From: Eledone cirrhosa
Lineage: Eukaryota
Reading direction: 5' to 3'
NCBI GenBank assembly: GCA_964016885.1
Contig: OZ024741.1
Location: 97,092,001-97,156,000, forward strand
DNA length: 64,000 nucleotides
Below are positions 49,505 to 64,000 of this stretch, one piece after another. The translations under genes and the position numbers were made by a program. Under the pieces are notes generated by a model. The model saw only the letters and a list, made by a program, of their open reading frames with translations. It was not told where the DNA came from and made no database searches. Each line of letters opens with the position of its first letter. Position 1 is the stretch's first letter.

Positions 49505-50782
49505 TAACAAATTAAATTGTAAGCAAATAATCGCTGCTTTCACCCTTAACGGGATCTTCTGAAACTAAAAAAATAAATCTGTGAACGCAGAAGTAAATAT
49601 TTCGAAAAACGTTGCAACCGAAGGAAGACAGGTAGACGATACTTTGGTTCGTGGAAACGTTCCCTGGCAAAGAACGAAAAAAAAAACGAAAATAACACGT
49701 CATTATTTGTAGCGGTGAAAACAATTACACGCAAAGACGAAACCACGTTATTGGTATAAATGAAGTCGTAGACTAAAATTCTATTTAGGAAACCGAATGA
49801 TTAAACATAATGTAAATAAATTACAGACGTATTATCTTCGTTTTTTCCGTTCATTGCCAGAGAACGTCTCCACGAACCACCTAACAGAATATTAGTCTAC
49901 GACTTCATTTATACCATTAACGTGGTTTTTTCTTTGCCTGTAATTGTTTTCTGGTTCAAAAAAATGACGTATTATCTTCGTTTTTTTTTCGTTCTTTGCC
50001 AGGGAACGTTTCCACGAACCATATATAACCATGGTATAAATGAAGTCGTAGACTAATATTCTGTTAGGTGGTTCGTGGAGACGTTCTCTGGCAATGAACG
50101 GAAAAAACGAAGATAATACGTCTGTAATTTATTTACATTATGTTTAATCATTCGGTTTCCTAAATAGAATTTTAGTCTACGACTTCATTCATACCAATAA
50201 CGTGGTTTCGTCTTTGCGTGTAATTGTTTTCACCGCTACAAATAATGACGTGTTATTTTCGTTTTTTTTCGTTCTTTGCCAGGGAACGTTTCCACGAACC
50301 AAAGTATCGTCTACCTGTCTTCCTTCGGTTGCAACGTTTTTCGAAATATTTACTTCTGCGTTCACAGATTTATTTTTTTAGTTTCAGAAGATCCCGTTAA
50401 GGGTGAAAGCAGCGGTTCTTTGCCTAAACTTTAATCTATTATTTTAATAAATATTTGCTCTACGGTTCTAATATATAGTTATCGTTATCGAGCCCTCTTT
50501 GGATTTTAGTCTTCAAATTTATTATTATTAATATATATATATAGTCTTCAAATTTATTATTATTATTACTATATATACTAATAATAATACATTTGAAGAC
50601 TAAAATCCAAAGAGGGCTCGATAAGGATAAATATATATCAAATGTATAAGAACCGGTTGCAACGTTTTTCGAAATATTTACTTCTGCGTTCACATATTGA
50701 TTTTTTTAGTTTCAGAAGATCGCACTAAGGGTGAAAGCAGCGATTCTTTGATTAAACTTTAATCTGTTATTTTAATAAATAT
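49281..50782. repeat. Nested fold-back cluster of family A; main arms 49498-49915 and 50032-50450
   Basis: ~420-bp near-perfect inverted arms, each with internal inversions. At least four CAGAAGA/CAGAAAA HHR-like motifs. Confidence 0.88.
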
Positions 50783-50867
50783 ATATATTTATGTATGTAT
50801 GTATTTATATATATATACTTGGTGAGGGTCATATTTGTGTAATAATATTGCCAGAATTAATAACAGA

Positions 50868-51007
<140 letters not shown>

Positions 51008-51442
51008 TTATAGCACCGCAGTATATTTGACGATTATTCTTTTTTTACTCTGAAGGAATGGATAATTTCATAATCATTACATTAAGTGGATTCATCAAAT
51101 ATCAAATAATTACCCCCACCCTTTTCTCCCCTTCTGTTACCGCTATACCACGTAATAATTTATCCCTCACGAGAAATATTCACTTGTAACCGTCAGGTCA
51201 GGAAGTGGTCCACTAACAAGAGATGTTCTCCTGACGAGCCCACAACCTCACAGCACTGGTGCATTTTGATAAATTGCTCTGATTAAGTGATTATTTCAAT
51301 TCTTCCGGTCATTGAGTAAAACTGGTCATGGCGGAACACTACACACACATAGACTTATATGTTTGTGTGTGTGTCTTACTACTACACACACTTGAGCGCG
51401 CGCGCGCACACACACAAACACATACACACACACACACTCACA

Positions 51443-51486
<44 letters not shown>

Positions 51487-52709
51487 TAGATATGTCTGCC
51501 ATTGCTTATCTCGTTGCATATTGGAATATTTATGTATCATATGTTTCCCATCTATAGAAAGGAAGTTTTCTAGAGATTTGGTCTCATAGGATGGACTTTG
51601 AATTTATTAGATTATGACCTGCTTTGCATTTTATGCATTTTTGCATTTATGTAAAAATATTGCTAATGTATATTCGCTATACATGTGGGTTTTGTTCACT
51701 ATGCTAAGTATAATATGCATATGTTTTGCTCTCACGAATAGTCGTACAATATATCACGCGCATATATCATCTTATCACCCCCAAAAGATATATACTTTTG
51801 TCAATTTCCTAATCTAGCCAACCATTGAGTTTCAAATTTTAGTGACCTTTACTTTCCAAATATAAATATAACTTATAAACCCAACTTCTACACGAACCTC
51901 GTATACCTATATCAATTTCAACACTATTCATAGAATATTCATTATTTCTTCAAACTTCTATTTAAAACTCTTCTCAATTCCATAATATTTAATACATTTC
52001 CACAATCTGGCAACCAGTCAAAATTACAGAAGTCGTCTAACATACATAAATATATCTCCTCCACTTTCCATAATTTTATAGTATTTTTCATGTACGAATA
52101 TGAAGAAACTATACATTTGGATATATTCATATGTGAATAATGTGGGGTCCTCACATATGCAATAAATGTTGCAAAGATAAAAGCACTATCTATGCGATAA
52201 AAAAATTGCGCACGCTAGCCAAAATAATTAAGAACAATTCTAGGAAATACAATTTGCATGTCAAATATCTATCTAGATATGTAAGTACTGTTGTGGCACA
52301 CGTCCGTTGATTAGATATGTACATATCTGTTTTCTTTACGGATAATGTTCTTTCCATTTTTATTAAATTATTTGTAGTCGTTTTGGGTATTGTATAATGT
52401 GTTTACTCAGGACACTTTTAGCATTGAGCCTGTTTGCTTATATGCCGTTTGCTTGTTCATGAAGTCTTCCTAACGATACCAAGCTTCTGCATCGGTATTT
52501 TTATTATATTTTTACTGCCTCTTTCGTATTATACTTGATCTCTACGTAAAATACATTTTACTGTCTTGCATTATACATCTCTAATGTATACAAAAATATT
52601 ACGAAGCAGACATTTCCTATATATAAATATATATATTTATATATATCATCATCATCATCGTCATCATCATTTTACGTCCGCTTTTGTATATATATATAAA
52701 TATATATAT

Positions 52710-53070
52710 ATAACGAAGGAAGTATAGTAAGGAACCAGATGGACCATAACGCACCAGAGTACTCAATACTTAGGGTAGTAGAGTGGGTAATAGGAAAATG
52801 TTTAACCACAACGGCAGAGCTCAAGCCGTTTCGACGGTCTATTTCTGGACTAAATTATAACTTTTAGCGTGGTAATAAATAGCCGAACTTTTCAGGGGTA
52901 ATTCCTTATATGGGAAGATTATAGTTGTCAAAAGTATTGGTCAAAATTTTTTGTAAACACAATTAAATCTTTCATGGCAGTGGGTGGGTGGTGAGGGGGG
53001 GGAGGGGGGGGGCTGAACTTGCCTGTAGAACAATGAGGGAGTGGGTGGAGCCGGTCAAGCGTTGAAAGTG
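52710..53070 (-). mobile_element. Diverged family B copy with an HHR-like motif (core CTGAAAA) at 52805-52899
   Basis: Aligns by eye to the reverse complement of 21070-21425. Confidence 0.8.
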
Positions 53071-53494
53071 TATATATGTATATAATTGTATATAATTGTA
53101 TATATCTGTATATAATTGTGTGTTTATATCTGTTTATGTTTGTGCTCATGTTTGTTTATTTATGTGCATATGACTATTTCTATGAGTGTGAATGTAGGTC
53201 TCATACATTTAATACGTTTATACATTAATACCTACACACACATGCAGATACACACATACATATACAATCAAATCACCCGCAGAATGCCATGGTGTTGTAG
53301 TATTTTAAAAAGCGGTTGTTTAACTTTAAATCATTTAATGATCCTTATATTTTGGCCTGTATATTCTAAATACAGCAGGAAAGTAGGACGGATTGATGTG
53401 CTTTTTACACCATGAATATTATATATAATATTAAATAAGTTGAATTTAAAAGTTAAATCTTAATATGTATATAATTTCTCCCTAACCGGATCCT

Positions 53495-53776
53495 TTTGTG
53501 ATCCTAGTTGTCAGGGCGTTAGATGTATGATCGTAATAATGTGGGTTCGTTTACTGGAGCGGGTGACGCTTCGTATTCTTGAGTAAACCATTTTATTGCA
53601 CATTGCTCCAGTACATGCGGCTGAAAATGTTTATCAGCATAGCTGGGGGTTAACCTTGCCATATACTGGCTTCATGTTCAGGGAGAGAATCGTATGCGAA
53701 GTGGGTCAAATTCATGGAAAATGAGAAAAGAACCGGGCTTGGTTCAGGCAAACATGGACCGCTGTGGCACTCTTAA
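53495..53776 (+). mobile_element. Second, older SINE family
   Basis: B-box-like GGGTTCGTTTACT followed by TTCTTGAGTAAACC..CACATTGCTCCAGT, typical of SINE central domains. Confidence 0.55.
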
Positions 53777-54046
53777 ATATTATATTTTATAGAAGCATCA
53801 GTGCTTCGAACAAACAAACTTCTCTCACATTTGGATCAGTGAATGTTATGAAAGAACTCTCCCCGGCTTGGTCTCCAGCCTCTGAATATATCCTAAGGAA
53901 GTTTGTTGTTGAAATTTCGTTTACCGCTTGCAATATTCAGACGTGAGACTCTATTTTAATGTATACACGTTCTGCCGAATGCTCCCTGCGATTGTGTTTG
54001 CTATACCATTTATTCTCACAAAGATACACATACTCATGTACAAACA

Positions 54047-54161
<115 letters not shown>

Positions 54162-54330
54162 ATATATATATATAGTAATAATAATAAATTTGAAGACTAA
54201 AATCCAAAGAGTGCTCGATAAGGATAAATTAAATATATATCAAATATATAAGAACCTTAAGGGTGAAAGCAGCGATTATTTGCTTAAACTTTAATCTGTT
54301 ATTTTAATAAATAAATAAATAAATATATAT

Positions 54331-54399
54331 AAAGTTTTCCTGATGATTTCCATCGAATTAAACAGTTCTAGTGCTGTAGAAGCTACTTCTATATAAATA

Positions 54400-54475
<76 letters not shown>

Positions 54476-54615
54476 TATTTATATAGAAGTAGCTTCTACA
54501 GCACTAGAACTGTTTCATTCGATGGAAATCATCAGGAAAACTTTTCTATATTAAATATTTATACTCTGCTATGTATTGAGTACCTTACTTACTGTGGTTA
54601 CCCCCGATTGAACCC

Positions 54616-54617
<2 letters not shown>
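54331..54617. mobile_element. Family D element: inverted HHR pair around (TA)n plus terminal segment
   Basis: 54331-54400 is the reverse complement of 54475-54544. Segment 54545-54617 matches the reverse complement of 47575-47640. Confidence 0.85.
54492..54540 (-). ncRNA. Type I hammerhead ribozyme, canonical core; plus-strand partner 54335-54383 has G12U
   Basis: Reverse complement: TTTC-CTGATGA-tTTCcatcGAAt-GAAA-CAG ttctagtg CTG-TA-GAAG. Confidence 0.75.
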
Positions 54618-54651
<34 letters not shown>

Positions 54652-55258
54652 TATATATATATATGAATGCATATGCATATACATACACACACATAAACTC
54701 ACATACGCACACATATATATATATGTATGTATGTATGTGTACGTATGTATCGATGCATGTATGGATATGTGTGTGTATATTTATTATATTTCACTGGAGC
54801 AGAGAAAATCATTAGGTTTTGCGTGTATGATATGTAACATGCCTATGCTATAACTGTTGATTGCAGCACAATACACACAGGAAGCAAATAAATCATCCAA
54901 CAAATATTTGGCCTGCAAATGAAATGATTCTCGTGGGTTGAACTAAGTGTATTCATTGCACTTCCATAACTATCACCACCGGCTTCATCAATTACCACAA
55001 ACATGTACCTGGATGACATTTCCTATGAATTTATCATTAAATCGGCTAACAATGCATAAATGAGTAATTGATCAGTAATGCAATTGTTGTATCTAGAAGC
55101 TTTATGATATTGATATGCTTCCAAGTAACCTTTCTTTTTCTTTATATTGACAATTAGTTATTTAGTTGGATTTGTACAAAAATTTAGTTGGATTTGTAAG
55201 AAAAAGATATTTCATATGGTATCATATGCCCGCGTCGGCGTGTTTCTGCTTGATTGTG

Positions 55259-55350
<92 letters not shown>

Positions 55351-55655
55351 CGCGCGCGTGTGTGTACATGGGTGTGCATGACAGCGTGAATATTTGTTTC
55401 CTTTTACAGAAAGGTTATTCACATAAAAAAAAAGGTGTAAATATTATTTATTCTTCTGCTAAGATTCCTCTGTTATTAGCGAACATTTTATAAAATCGCT
55501 GATCACGTAACTGACATATTATTTATCAGACATGTCATTTGTAATATACAATATACATCTATTTATTCATCAGTATGCATAGATACATTAATATACACAT
55601 TCATATATACACCCGTGTGTACACGCACACACACTCACACACACACACACGCACC

Positions 55656-55749
<94 letters not shown>

Positions 55750-55796
55750 CACATTTATCTTCGATGCTACCAGCATCTTCGTATATTAATTTGCAT

Positions 55797-55837
<41 letters not shown>

Positions 55838-55878
55838 CGAAACATAATTCAATTGCATGAACTCTTAATCCTTTATTT

Positions 55879-55934
55879 ACTGCTATATATATTTCGATGA
55901 TAGCCATTGAATGGCTATGACCTCATCAGGCAGT
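55879..55934 (-). ncRNA. Type I hammerhead ribozyme (family C)
   Basis: Reverse complement: ACTGC-CTGATGA-ggtcATAGCCAT tca ATGGCTATcatc-GAAA-TATATA-TA-GCAGT. Confidence 0.88.
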
Positions 55935-56001
55935 TAGTCAGTTCTTAGATATGCCAACTCAGTGTTTATGGTGTTGTTGGTATCAGAGCCTTGGGACATA
56001 C

Positions 56002-56119
<118 letters not shown>

Positions 56120-56657
56120 TAGACCACCCGTGACCCGTTGTGTCACCTTCACTTAAAAAATAATCAAAATATACATTAAATAATCAAACTATACACAGAC
56201 ATGATGTAAAATGAAATTGGAAGGCCCATATACACACACACACAGACACACAGACACACTTAGAAAACCTTTCTATTACAGGATACAGTAATGCTGTATA
56301 CGTTTCTTTGAAGTCACCGGTTTTAATTTCATTCAACAACAAAGGCACCTCTTTTTCTCTCTTCCATTTTTCTTCTCTTCCTCCTTCTCTTTCCCTCTCT
56401 ATATTTCTCTTTCAATCAACTCTCTCACAACCACTAACTCTTTCTTTCTATCTTTCTCTCTCTCTATTTATGAAGGTAGCCAGAAAACCCCAAATCTCAG
56501 AACCCGTGCTCCAATATACGCTAAACTTATTTTATTCCATTTATATTCCCGTTTCAGGGTCAACTTCCTTTCAAAGTATTTTCCCATTATGCGCCCTTTT
56601 GGCTGTATTACATTACAGACAAGCAAGCAGGCAATCACACAGATTTAGTAGTAGTAA

Positions 56658-56731
<74 letters not shown>

Positions 56732-56759
56732 ATATATATATATAATGAACGTGCCTGTT

Positions 56760-56803
<44 letters not shown>

Positions 56804-56840
56804 CATATATATATAGACACGTTCAATATATATATATATA

Positions 56841-57038
56841 CGAGTAGGACCCCGACGGCTGAGCTCAAGCCGTTTCGACGGCTAATTCTGGACTAATTTA
56901 GTCCAGAATTAGCCGTCGAAACGGCTTGAGCTCAGCCGTCGGGGTCCTACTCGTTCCTATTACCCACTCTACTACCCTAAGTATTGAGTACTTTGGTGCG
57001 TTATGGTCCACCTGGTTCCTTACCACATTTCCTTCGTT
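56841..57038. mobile_element. Family B fold-back fragment (perfect ~56-bp hairpin at 56841-56953)
   Basis: CGAGTAGGACCCC..TGGACTAA-T-TTAGTCCA..GGGGTCCTACTCG. Flanked by TA with inverted GAACGTG(T/C)CT motifs. Confidence 0.88.
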
Positions 57039-57578
57039 ATATATATATATATATATATATATTGAACGTGTCTGTGTTTCTGACAGTTGAACTCCATTCA
57101 TATAATTTCGTTCATGTTTTACGAATCTCTCCATATCCATTTAAAGTTATTGTTTTCTATTAGATTCAAATCAAACATGATTAAACAGCGCCTTAAGCTA
57201 AGGGATTTTTGTCGTAACCGCTCAAAAGTTTTTCTTATAAAACTTTTTTGTGTTATGTTTCACTACTCATTTTAGCATGTTGGATTACTGATTATGTGCA
57301 CCCCTGTTGTTTTGTATCTATTTGTATGGAATTAATATGTGGTTTGAATATGTAATTAAATATTTCATGATGAATCTAACATTATAATTAACGTTGAAAC
57401 TGAGAATTAATTGACAATTTAAGAATTTAGAAATTTAGAAATTACAAAACTACTGATTTAATAATTATAGTAATGAACAGACATCGGAAAATAAACAGTT
57501 AAGTGTGGGTAGGTGTACACATTAAAGCAATGAATGTAAATTTAAATTTGGAAATGAGAATAACAAGGTGTATATAAA

Positions 57579-57720
57579 TAATTGTTTCTACTTTTGGCAC
57601 AAGGCCAGCAATTACCAGTGTATTACTGGTACTTTATTTTATCGACCCCGTAAGGATGAAAGTCAAAGTTAACCTCGGCGGGATTTGAAGTCAGATAATA
57701 AAGGGACGTAACTCTATGCT
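57579..57720 (-). mobile_element. tRNA-derived SINE, 5'-truncated
   Basis: Matches 42194-42335. Confidence 0.85.
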
Positions 57721-58029
57721 GTAGTATAGTGTATATAAGGTGTATATAAATAATAGTGAATAACAATCGTAAAATTAATAAAAAATAGGAAAGAAATGTA
57801 AAGGACATATACAATACACAAATTATATAATGTATAATATATGTAACGTACATATATTTTATATTATAACCTACAAATGTTACGTTTGTGCAAAAGTGAG
57901 AGCGAGTGTTGGTCTGCGTGTATGTGCATGTGTAATTGAGTGTAGACGTATATCGGCTATAATTTATCATGTTTATTGGATGTATCCTATGCCTAGGCAT
58001 ACATAATAATTCTACATATACGTATACTA

Positions 58030-59960
58030 TCTCTGCTTCCGTGCATTTTATCGTTGCAACAACACCATGGAGGATTCTTTAGCAAAATAGAGAGGATCAT
58101 GTTATATAATGGAGCCAAGGCAACATTTGACTCCACCATAGCCCAACTCGTGGTTGACAGCGAAAAATACCAGGATGTAATGTACTTTCGATATAACTCC
58201 TGGAAGCGAAATACTATATAGATTTAGGAGAGTTTAGATAAATTTAACTTAAGAATTAGAGTAGTAGCAAAGCCAGTAACTGCCGTAACTTCCTTATGAG
58301 TAGTACTTACACTTTTAAGAAAACCTTATGTACAAATTAAAATTGTATAGTTTGTAAAATAACTTGTAGATAAAATGCACAACTAGGAATGAAGACTATA
58401 GTATAAGCAAGAATATTCGGCTGTACATTAAGAGGAGAGATAAATTACATTGAATGAGGAGTAGAAGTTGGTACAAAAGGAAATCAATATATGGAGACAC
58501 AATGACGTTGTGAAGACTATAGATTGGCCACACTGGCTGAAGTAGGGATTTGAGGATGAGTATAATTAGTACAACCATAGGTCAGATAAACAATTGAAGT
58601 AGAAGAATGTAAAACCTTTTGTCGCTTTGCAAAGCAAATAAGGTATTAGAGCTCAATACGTTAGACATAATTGTGGCACACACAATTCAGAATGAATAAA
58701 AATGTATTAGATAGGGTTCAACAAACAGTGGTGAAATAGATGATTAGAAAAGAATACTACAGGCGGATCAGATTACTATTTAAATTGAACGAAATGCAAA
58801 GAATAATATCCAGGCGATCCCATGTGTAAACTACCGTTTTAGTATTCTGAACTGGACACTAAGAGAACTAGACGGAAAAACAAGAAAAATAAAGAGTGCA
58901 TTTAGAATACACCATCGAAAATCAGGTATCGAAAATTGTACGTACCACGAGCACATCGAGAAACGGGCCTTACGAAACTATAACTATAACTATAAAATAA
59001 CTACTGTAGGATTGGACAAATTATTTAATGAAGAACAAAGACAAGTTAATAGAAATAGCTACAAAACAGGAACAAAACAAAAAACATTTACTCAGTCTTC
59101 AGGTAAGCCAATAAATTTAAAGTAAAAATCAGATTAAAAGATAGCTATGAGGAAAATGAAAACAAACGAGAAAGAGCAACGAAAATCGTGAAAAATCCAA
59201 ACAGCAAACAAACCTCCAGAATGTCATATTTAAATAATGGCAAGAAAATCCCTTACATGCAAGTATCTGAGAATACTGAATACAGAGGAAGTAGATAAGC
59301 AAAATACCCAAAACTGGCTACGAAGTACTGGATTAAAAGCCGGACGGAAGGATTTCTAGTTGCATCACAATACTGAAGCCTCTCTACCGGAAATCACCAG
59401 AAGTACATTATAAAGCTACAGAATATATGGAGGTGGGAAACAAACTATTAACCACATTATCTCTGGCTGCCCAGATTTAGTCAACAAGGAATATATCCTC
59501 AGATGTGATAGAGTTGGGATTTACATACACTGGAAATTATGCCAACATTATGAAACACCAACAGACACATGATGGAACAGACACATACCAGAAACGATAT
59601 CAGAGAATGGCAAATAACCCATTCTCTGGGATATGCCAAAACATACAGACAGGGGCATCAAATCAAACCAAAAAGATATTATAGTCAAAGACTACAAAGA
59701 AGAATTATGTCTCCACAGACGAGAATATATCTACCAAGGAAATGAAGAAACTAGCCAAATAGAAATATCTAGAGAGAGAAATAACCCGAATGTGGAAAAT
59801 GAAGAAAGAAACAATACCTATAATAATATGTTCTCTGGGAATGACAAAAGAAAAAACACATAGAGACAGATACAAAACTCTAGGACTTATTCACATATAT
59901 ATACAGCATATAAAAAATAGCGTTCTCGTCATACAATACAAACAATACCACAAAAACTAC
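58030..59960 (+). pseudogene. Heavily degraded Dong/R4-type non-LTR retrotransposon
   Basis: Fragments collinear with the 61-64 kb element: HH.KS.I..LYVPR, WQENPLH, WLRSTGLK..EGFLVASQ, EYILRCDRVGIYIHWKLCQHY, ILWDMPKHTDRGIKSN..DIIVKDY. Confidence 0.8.
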
Positions 59961-60664
59961 AATGCACATACCAAAGACGCACAGAGCTGCGATGTGCAAT
60001 GCTATAATAATGCAGGAATTAATAATGATGATGACAACGACAATAACAACAACAGCAACAATTAACAATATGTGTAATGATTAAAAGGAGAAAGATGGTG
60101 ATACTGATGAAAAATAATATTGGAAGTGTTTATATTAAGAACAATAGAAATAACAGTAAATATAAATACGAAAAGGGACATGAATAAAAAAAATAATAAT
60201 TATCATTATGATACTATACTATAAAGCAGAAAGTAATATATATATATAAATAGTTAAAAACAATGAAACAGAAACAAAAATATTAAGAAGAGGCAAATAA
60301 AGCAAAAACTCGTGAGCCTAGAATATCAGTTAACGAACACTCAGCTCCCTTGCTAGGTTACAATGACATACGTAACAACAATGGTGCACATGATAATACA
60401 AGCAAAGACATAAATATGAGTGTAGATATATATATAGTATGTATGTATATATATAGTATGTATATATCTATATAGTATGTTTATATATATATGTATATAT
60501 ATATATATATATAGTGTATATATATATATATATATATACATAAAGAGAAGATTAGAAGATATGAGGGAAGGTGACAGATCGAGAGAAAGATATACAACCA
60601 CGCCTACATGCATATGCTACGCACACAAGCACACACACACAAACACACACAAACACACACATAC

Positions 60665-60699
<35 letters not shown>

Positions 60700-61196
60700 C
60701 ACATACACACACACACACAAAGACACCCAAACATGCATACACACACACACACTCACACAAACATACACTCACACACAAATATATATATATATATATATTC
60801 ACGCGTAAACTATATGAATTATTTTACACTCATACTCATACGTAGATAGAACTAAACGTACGTACACACCGATAAACATAGAAGTCGTACAAGATGGCTG
60901 CTGTATTACAATGAAATCAACGATAACTGGAGGCAATCAATTCTTACATATTGATTTTAATTCACTAGCGATTCATTCTTTCTATTTATTTTTCTTTAAT
61001 TTTGTTAGCATTTTCTTCTTTGCTTATTCATATCTTTTTAATTATTTGTTTTTGTCTTCTTTTGTCTACATGACACTTAATATTCCTCTTTTCCCTATTT
61101 TGCTACTCTAGTCTTTCTTTTTCATTGATATCATAAATATCATAATAATAACCATCATCATCATCGTCATTGTCATTTTCTGTATCATCATCATAA

Positions 61197-61329
61197 TCTT
61201 CTTCTTCTTCTTCTTCTTCTTCTTCTTCTTCTTCTTCTTCTTCTTCTTCTTCTTCTTCTTCTTCTTCTTCTTCTTCTTCTTCTTCTTCTTCTTCTTCTTC
61301 TTCACGTTATTATTATTATTATTATTATT
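61197..61329. repeat. (CTT)n followed by (TTA)n microsatellite
   Basis: Read directly. Confidence 0.97.
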
Positions 61330-63919
61330 ACAGTTGCATTTATCTTGCTTTATGTTCATACGAGTTATCACCAAGTCACAACCAGTGACCTCAAGAGACA
61401 ACAAGGTCCGCCATGTTCAAGAAAGAACATACATATTCACACATGCATCTTTAGTGTTTAGACTTGTGATGTACTTATATTGACAGAATCTTCCTTAGTA
61501 TATGGGCAGTTCCCATTAGTACTATCTTTTGTATTTCTCCTATACGCGGGTTTCCTGGGATTTGCGATAAGTAGTCATTAGACCCCTTAGGTATCATTCC
61601 TAGAGCGCCTACAACCACTGGTATTGTTTTAGTTCTCAATTTCCACATTTTTCCAATTTCTATCTCCAGGTCCTTATACTTGCTCAATTTTTCAAATGTT
61701 TTTATAGATACATTCTTGTCTATTGGAACAGACATATCAATTAGCAGGCATACCCTCTTTTGAAAGTCCTTCAATATTATATCAGGTCTATTTGCATCTA
61801 TTTTTCGGTCTGTTTGGATGCTAAAGTTCCACAAGATTGAGATGTGATCTTTTTCAAGTATGGGAGGTGGTTGATGCTCCCACCAATTCTTTTGATGGGG
61901 CAGGTCAAAATGCTTACACATTATCCAATGTATGTATTGTGCAGCTCTGTCATGCCTGTTTAGGTATTCGGTTGGAGCTATAGGACTGCACATTGAAATT
62001 ATATGGTCAATGGTCTCTGGTTGTTTTTTGCATACACGGCATAATGGGCTGCATCCATTTTTTATTATGTTGGCATGGTAATTTTTTGTTGGCAGACACT
62101 GATCTTGTGCCGATATAATCAGTCCTTCAGTCTCCGATTTCAGTCCAGAGGATGCCAACCACTGATGGGTTAAAGTTTTGTCAACATCAGGATTGTTAGC
62201 TCGCTCTGGGTATTTTCCATACAGAGGCTTTTCTTGCCAATTCTTAGCCAGTTTCTGTAGCAGTTCTTTCTTTGCAGTTACTTTTACCTGCTTTGCTTTT
62301 TCTGTGTTTTCCATTTCAGCAGTAAATGGGACTTCTGAAATTTGTAGTCCATTACTGTATCTTTGTGCATCTTTTGTAATGGAATATGATCTTTTGATGC
62401 TTTCCTGTTTCAAAACGAGTTTGATCATCCAATCATGTGATTCCCTTAGATATGTAGATAATCCAATTGTTGCAGTTTTCAACGCAATGTCTAACTGGAT
62501 TAACCCACGTCCTCATTCTTTCCTAGGGAGATATATTCTATCTATATCTGCCTTAGGGTGATGCATTCTGTGCATGGTTAAGAATTTTCGAATTTTTGTA
62601 TCGAGCCTACGGATCTCTGTGCTTGACCAGTTGATGACATTGTAACTGTAGGTTACTACTGGTATGGCAAGCGTGTTTATGGCATCGATCCTATTCCTTG
62701 CATTCAATTCCGTTCTTAAGATTGCTCTTACTCTGCGGTAACATTCCTTCCTTATCCTTTCCCTCATTGTCGAGTGCTTGATTCCGACTCCTTCACAAAC
62801 ACCTAGATATTTGTAAGTTTTTTCTTGATCAAGTTCTCTTATCACGTTCCCCCGATCAAGATTAATATCTGAACTCCTCAGCAGCTTTTCTCTGGTGAAC
62901 GTTGCTTTGGCGCATTTATCTAGTCCAAACTCCATTTTAATGTCATCACTGAACTGCTTGACAGTGGATAATAGCCCTTGCAATTGTTCATCATTTTTTG
63001 CAAATAGTTTCATGTCATCCATGTAGAACAGGTGATTAATGGTTTTGTCATAGACTTTATATCCATGTTTTGTTTCATTGAGCATTTTACTTAATGGTAT
63101 AAGTGCGATGCAGAATAAAAGCGGTGATAAAGGGTCACCCTGAAAAATTCCACAATTAATATTAACTTCTCCAGCTTCCAGTGATTTTGTTTCACTATTC
63201 AAAAGGAGTGTCGTTTTCCATGTCTTCATACTGAATGACAAAAACCTCCTGACAACGGGGGATATTTTGAAAATCTCTAAACATTTTTCAATCCAACTGT
63301 GTGGCAAACTATCGAATGCTTTTTTTATAATCTATCCAAGCAATCGATAGATTTTTGTGTTCATTATGACAATCTTCCAGTATCATTTTGTTAACCAGAA
63401 GCTGATCCTTACAGCCATATGAGCCTCGTTTACACCCTTTCTGCTCAATGGGAAATAGGTCATTTGTTATCAGGTGGTCATATGTGTATTCAGTTAGGAC
63501 TGATGTTAAAATTTTATACATTGTGGTCAAGCAAGTTATCGGTCTGTAATTTTTGGGATTGTTTGTCTCATCATTCTTCGGAAGCAGGAATGTAATGCCG
63601 TTAACTAGCCATGATGGTATCTTTTCTGGCTCCTTAACTATTTCATTGTAAAGTTGGGCTAACAGCTCATGAGACTCTGTGAAGGCATTTATCCAAAAGC
63701 TTTGTATTTTGTCTTTTCCTGGGGATTTCCATTTGCTGGTTTTTCATAGAGCCAAGCGCAACTGTTCAACTGTTATATTTTCCCATGTTTGTTCCTCAAG
63801 GTGAGCTGTATCTTTCATTTGTCTGTCTATCCATGGGGCATGTATGTTATGAACTTTTTCTTCGGCCCAGATCTTTTCCCAGAATTCTTGCACTTCCTCC
63901 TTGGGTGGTATTGATTTAG

Positions 63920-63920
<1 letters not shown>
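61330..63920 (-). mobile_element. 5'-truncated Dong/R4-clade non-LTR retrotransposon (RT, CCHC and restriction-like endonuclease), with frameshifts or stops
   Basis: NYRPITCL, QKGC..GCKDQL, IDYKK, GIFQGDPLSP, YMDD, YKYLG; CRVC..HIISMC; RHD; RPDIILKD..LIDMSVP..EKLSKY. Split over ORFs 63309-63530, 62513-63307 and 61475-62482. Confidence 0.95.

Positions 63921-64000
<80 letters not shown>
63921..64000. repeat. (TTA)n microsatellite at the 5' junction of the Dong-like element
   Basis: Read directly. Runs off the end of the window. Confidence 0.98.

Noticed and set aside
49281-50782. CRISPR-like array or prokaryotic system
   Set aside because: There are no regularly spaced short repeats with unique spacers and no cas-like ORFs, and the context is eukaryotic repeat DNA.

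Overview
AT-rich, microsatellite-dense eukaryotic DNA with no supportable host gene. The SINE family resembles octopus tRNA-derived SINEs, so a cephalopod source is likely (inference). The window is dominated by retroelements. There are at least six Penelope-like element (PLE, Naiad-type) copies or remnants with RT and/or C-terminal GIY-YIG domains, several arranged as kilobase inverted repeats. Many short non-coding relatives are inserted in (TA)n tracts. Also present are a Dong/R4-type LINE bounded by (TAA)n, CR1, RTE and L1/Tx1 fragments, and about nine SINEs. The main hidden layer is RNA. Folding by eye gives more than 20 type I hammerhead ribozyme (HHR) motifs from about a dozen families. 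These include cores that are non-canonical across several copies (U4A, G8A, C3U/G8A, U4C, U4G) and two retrozyme-like direct-repeat units predicted to release 551-nt and 599-nt RNA monomers. None of these folds has been computed or tested. Most ORFs in the supplied track are microsatellite artefacts.
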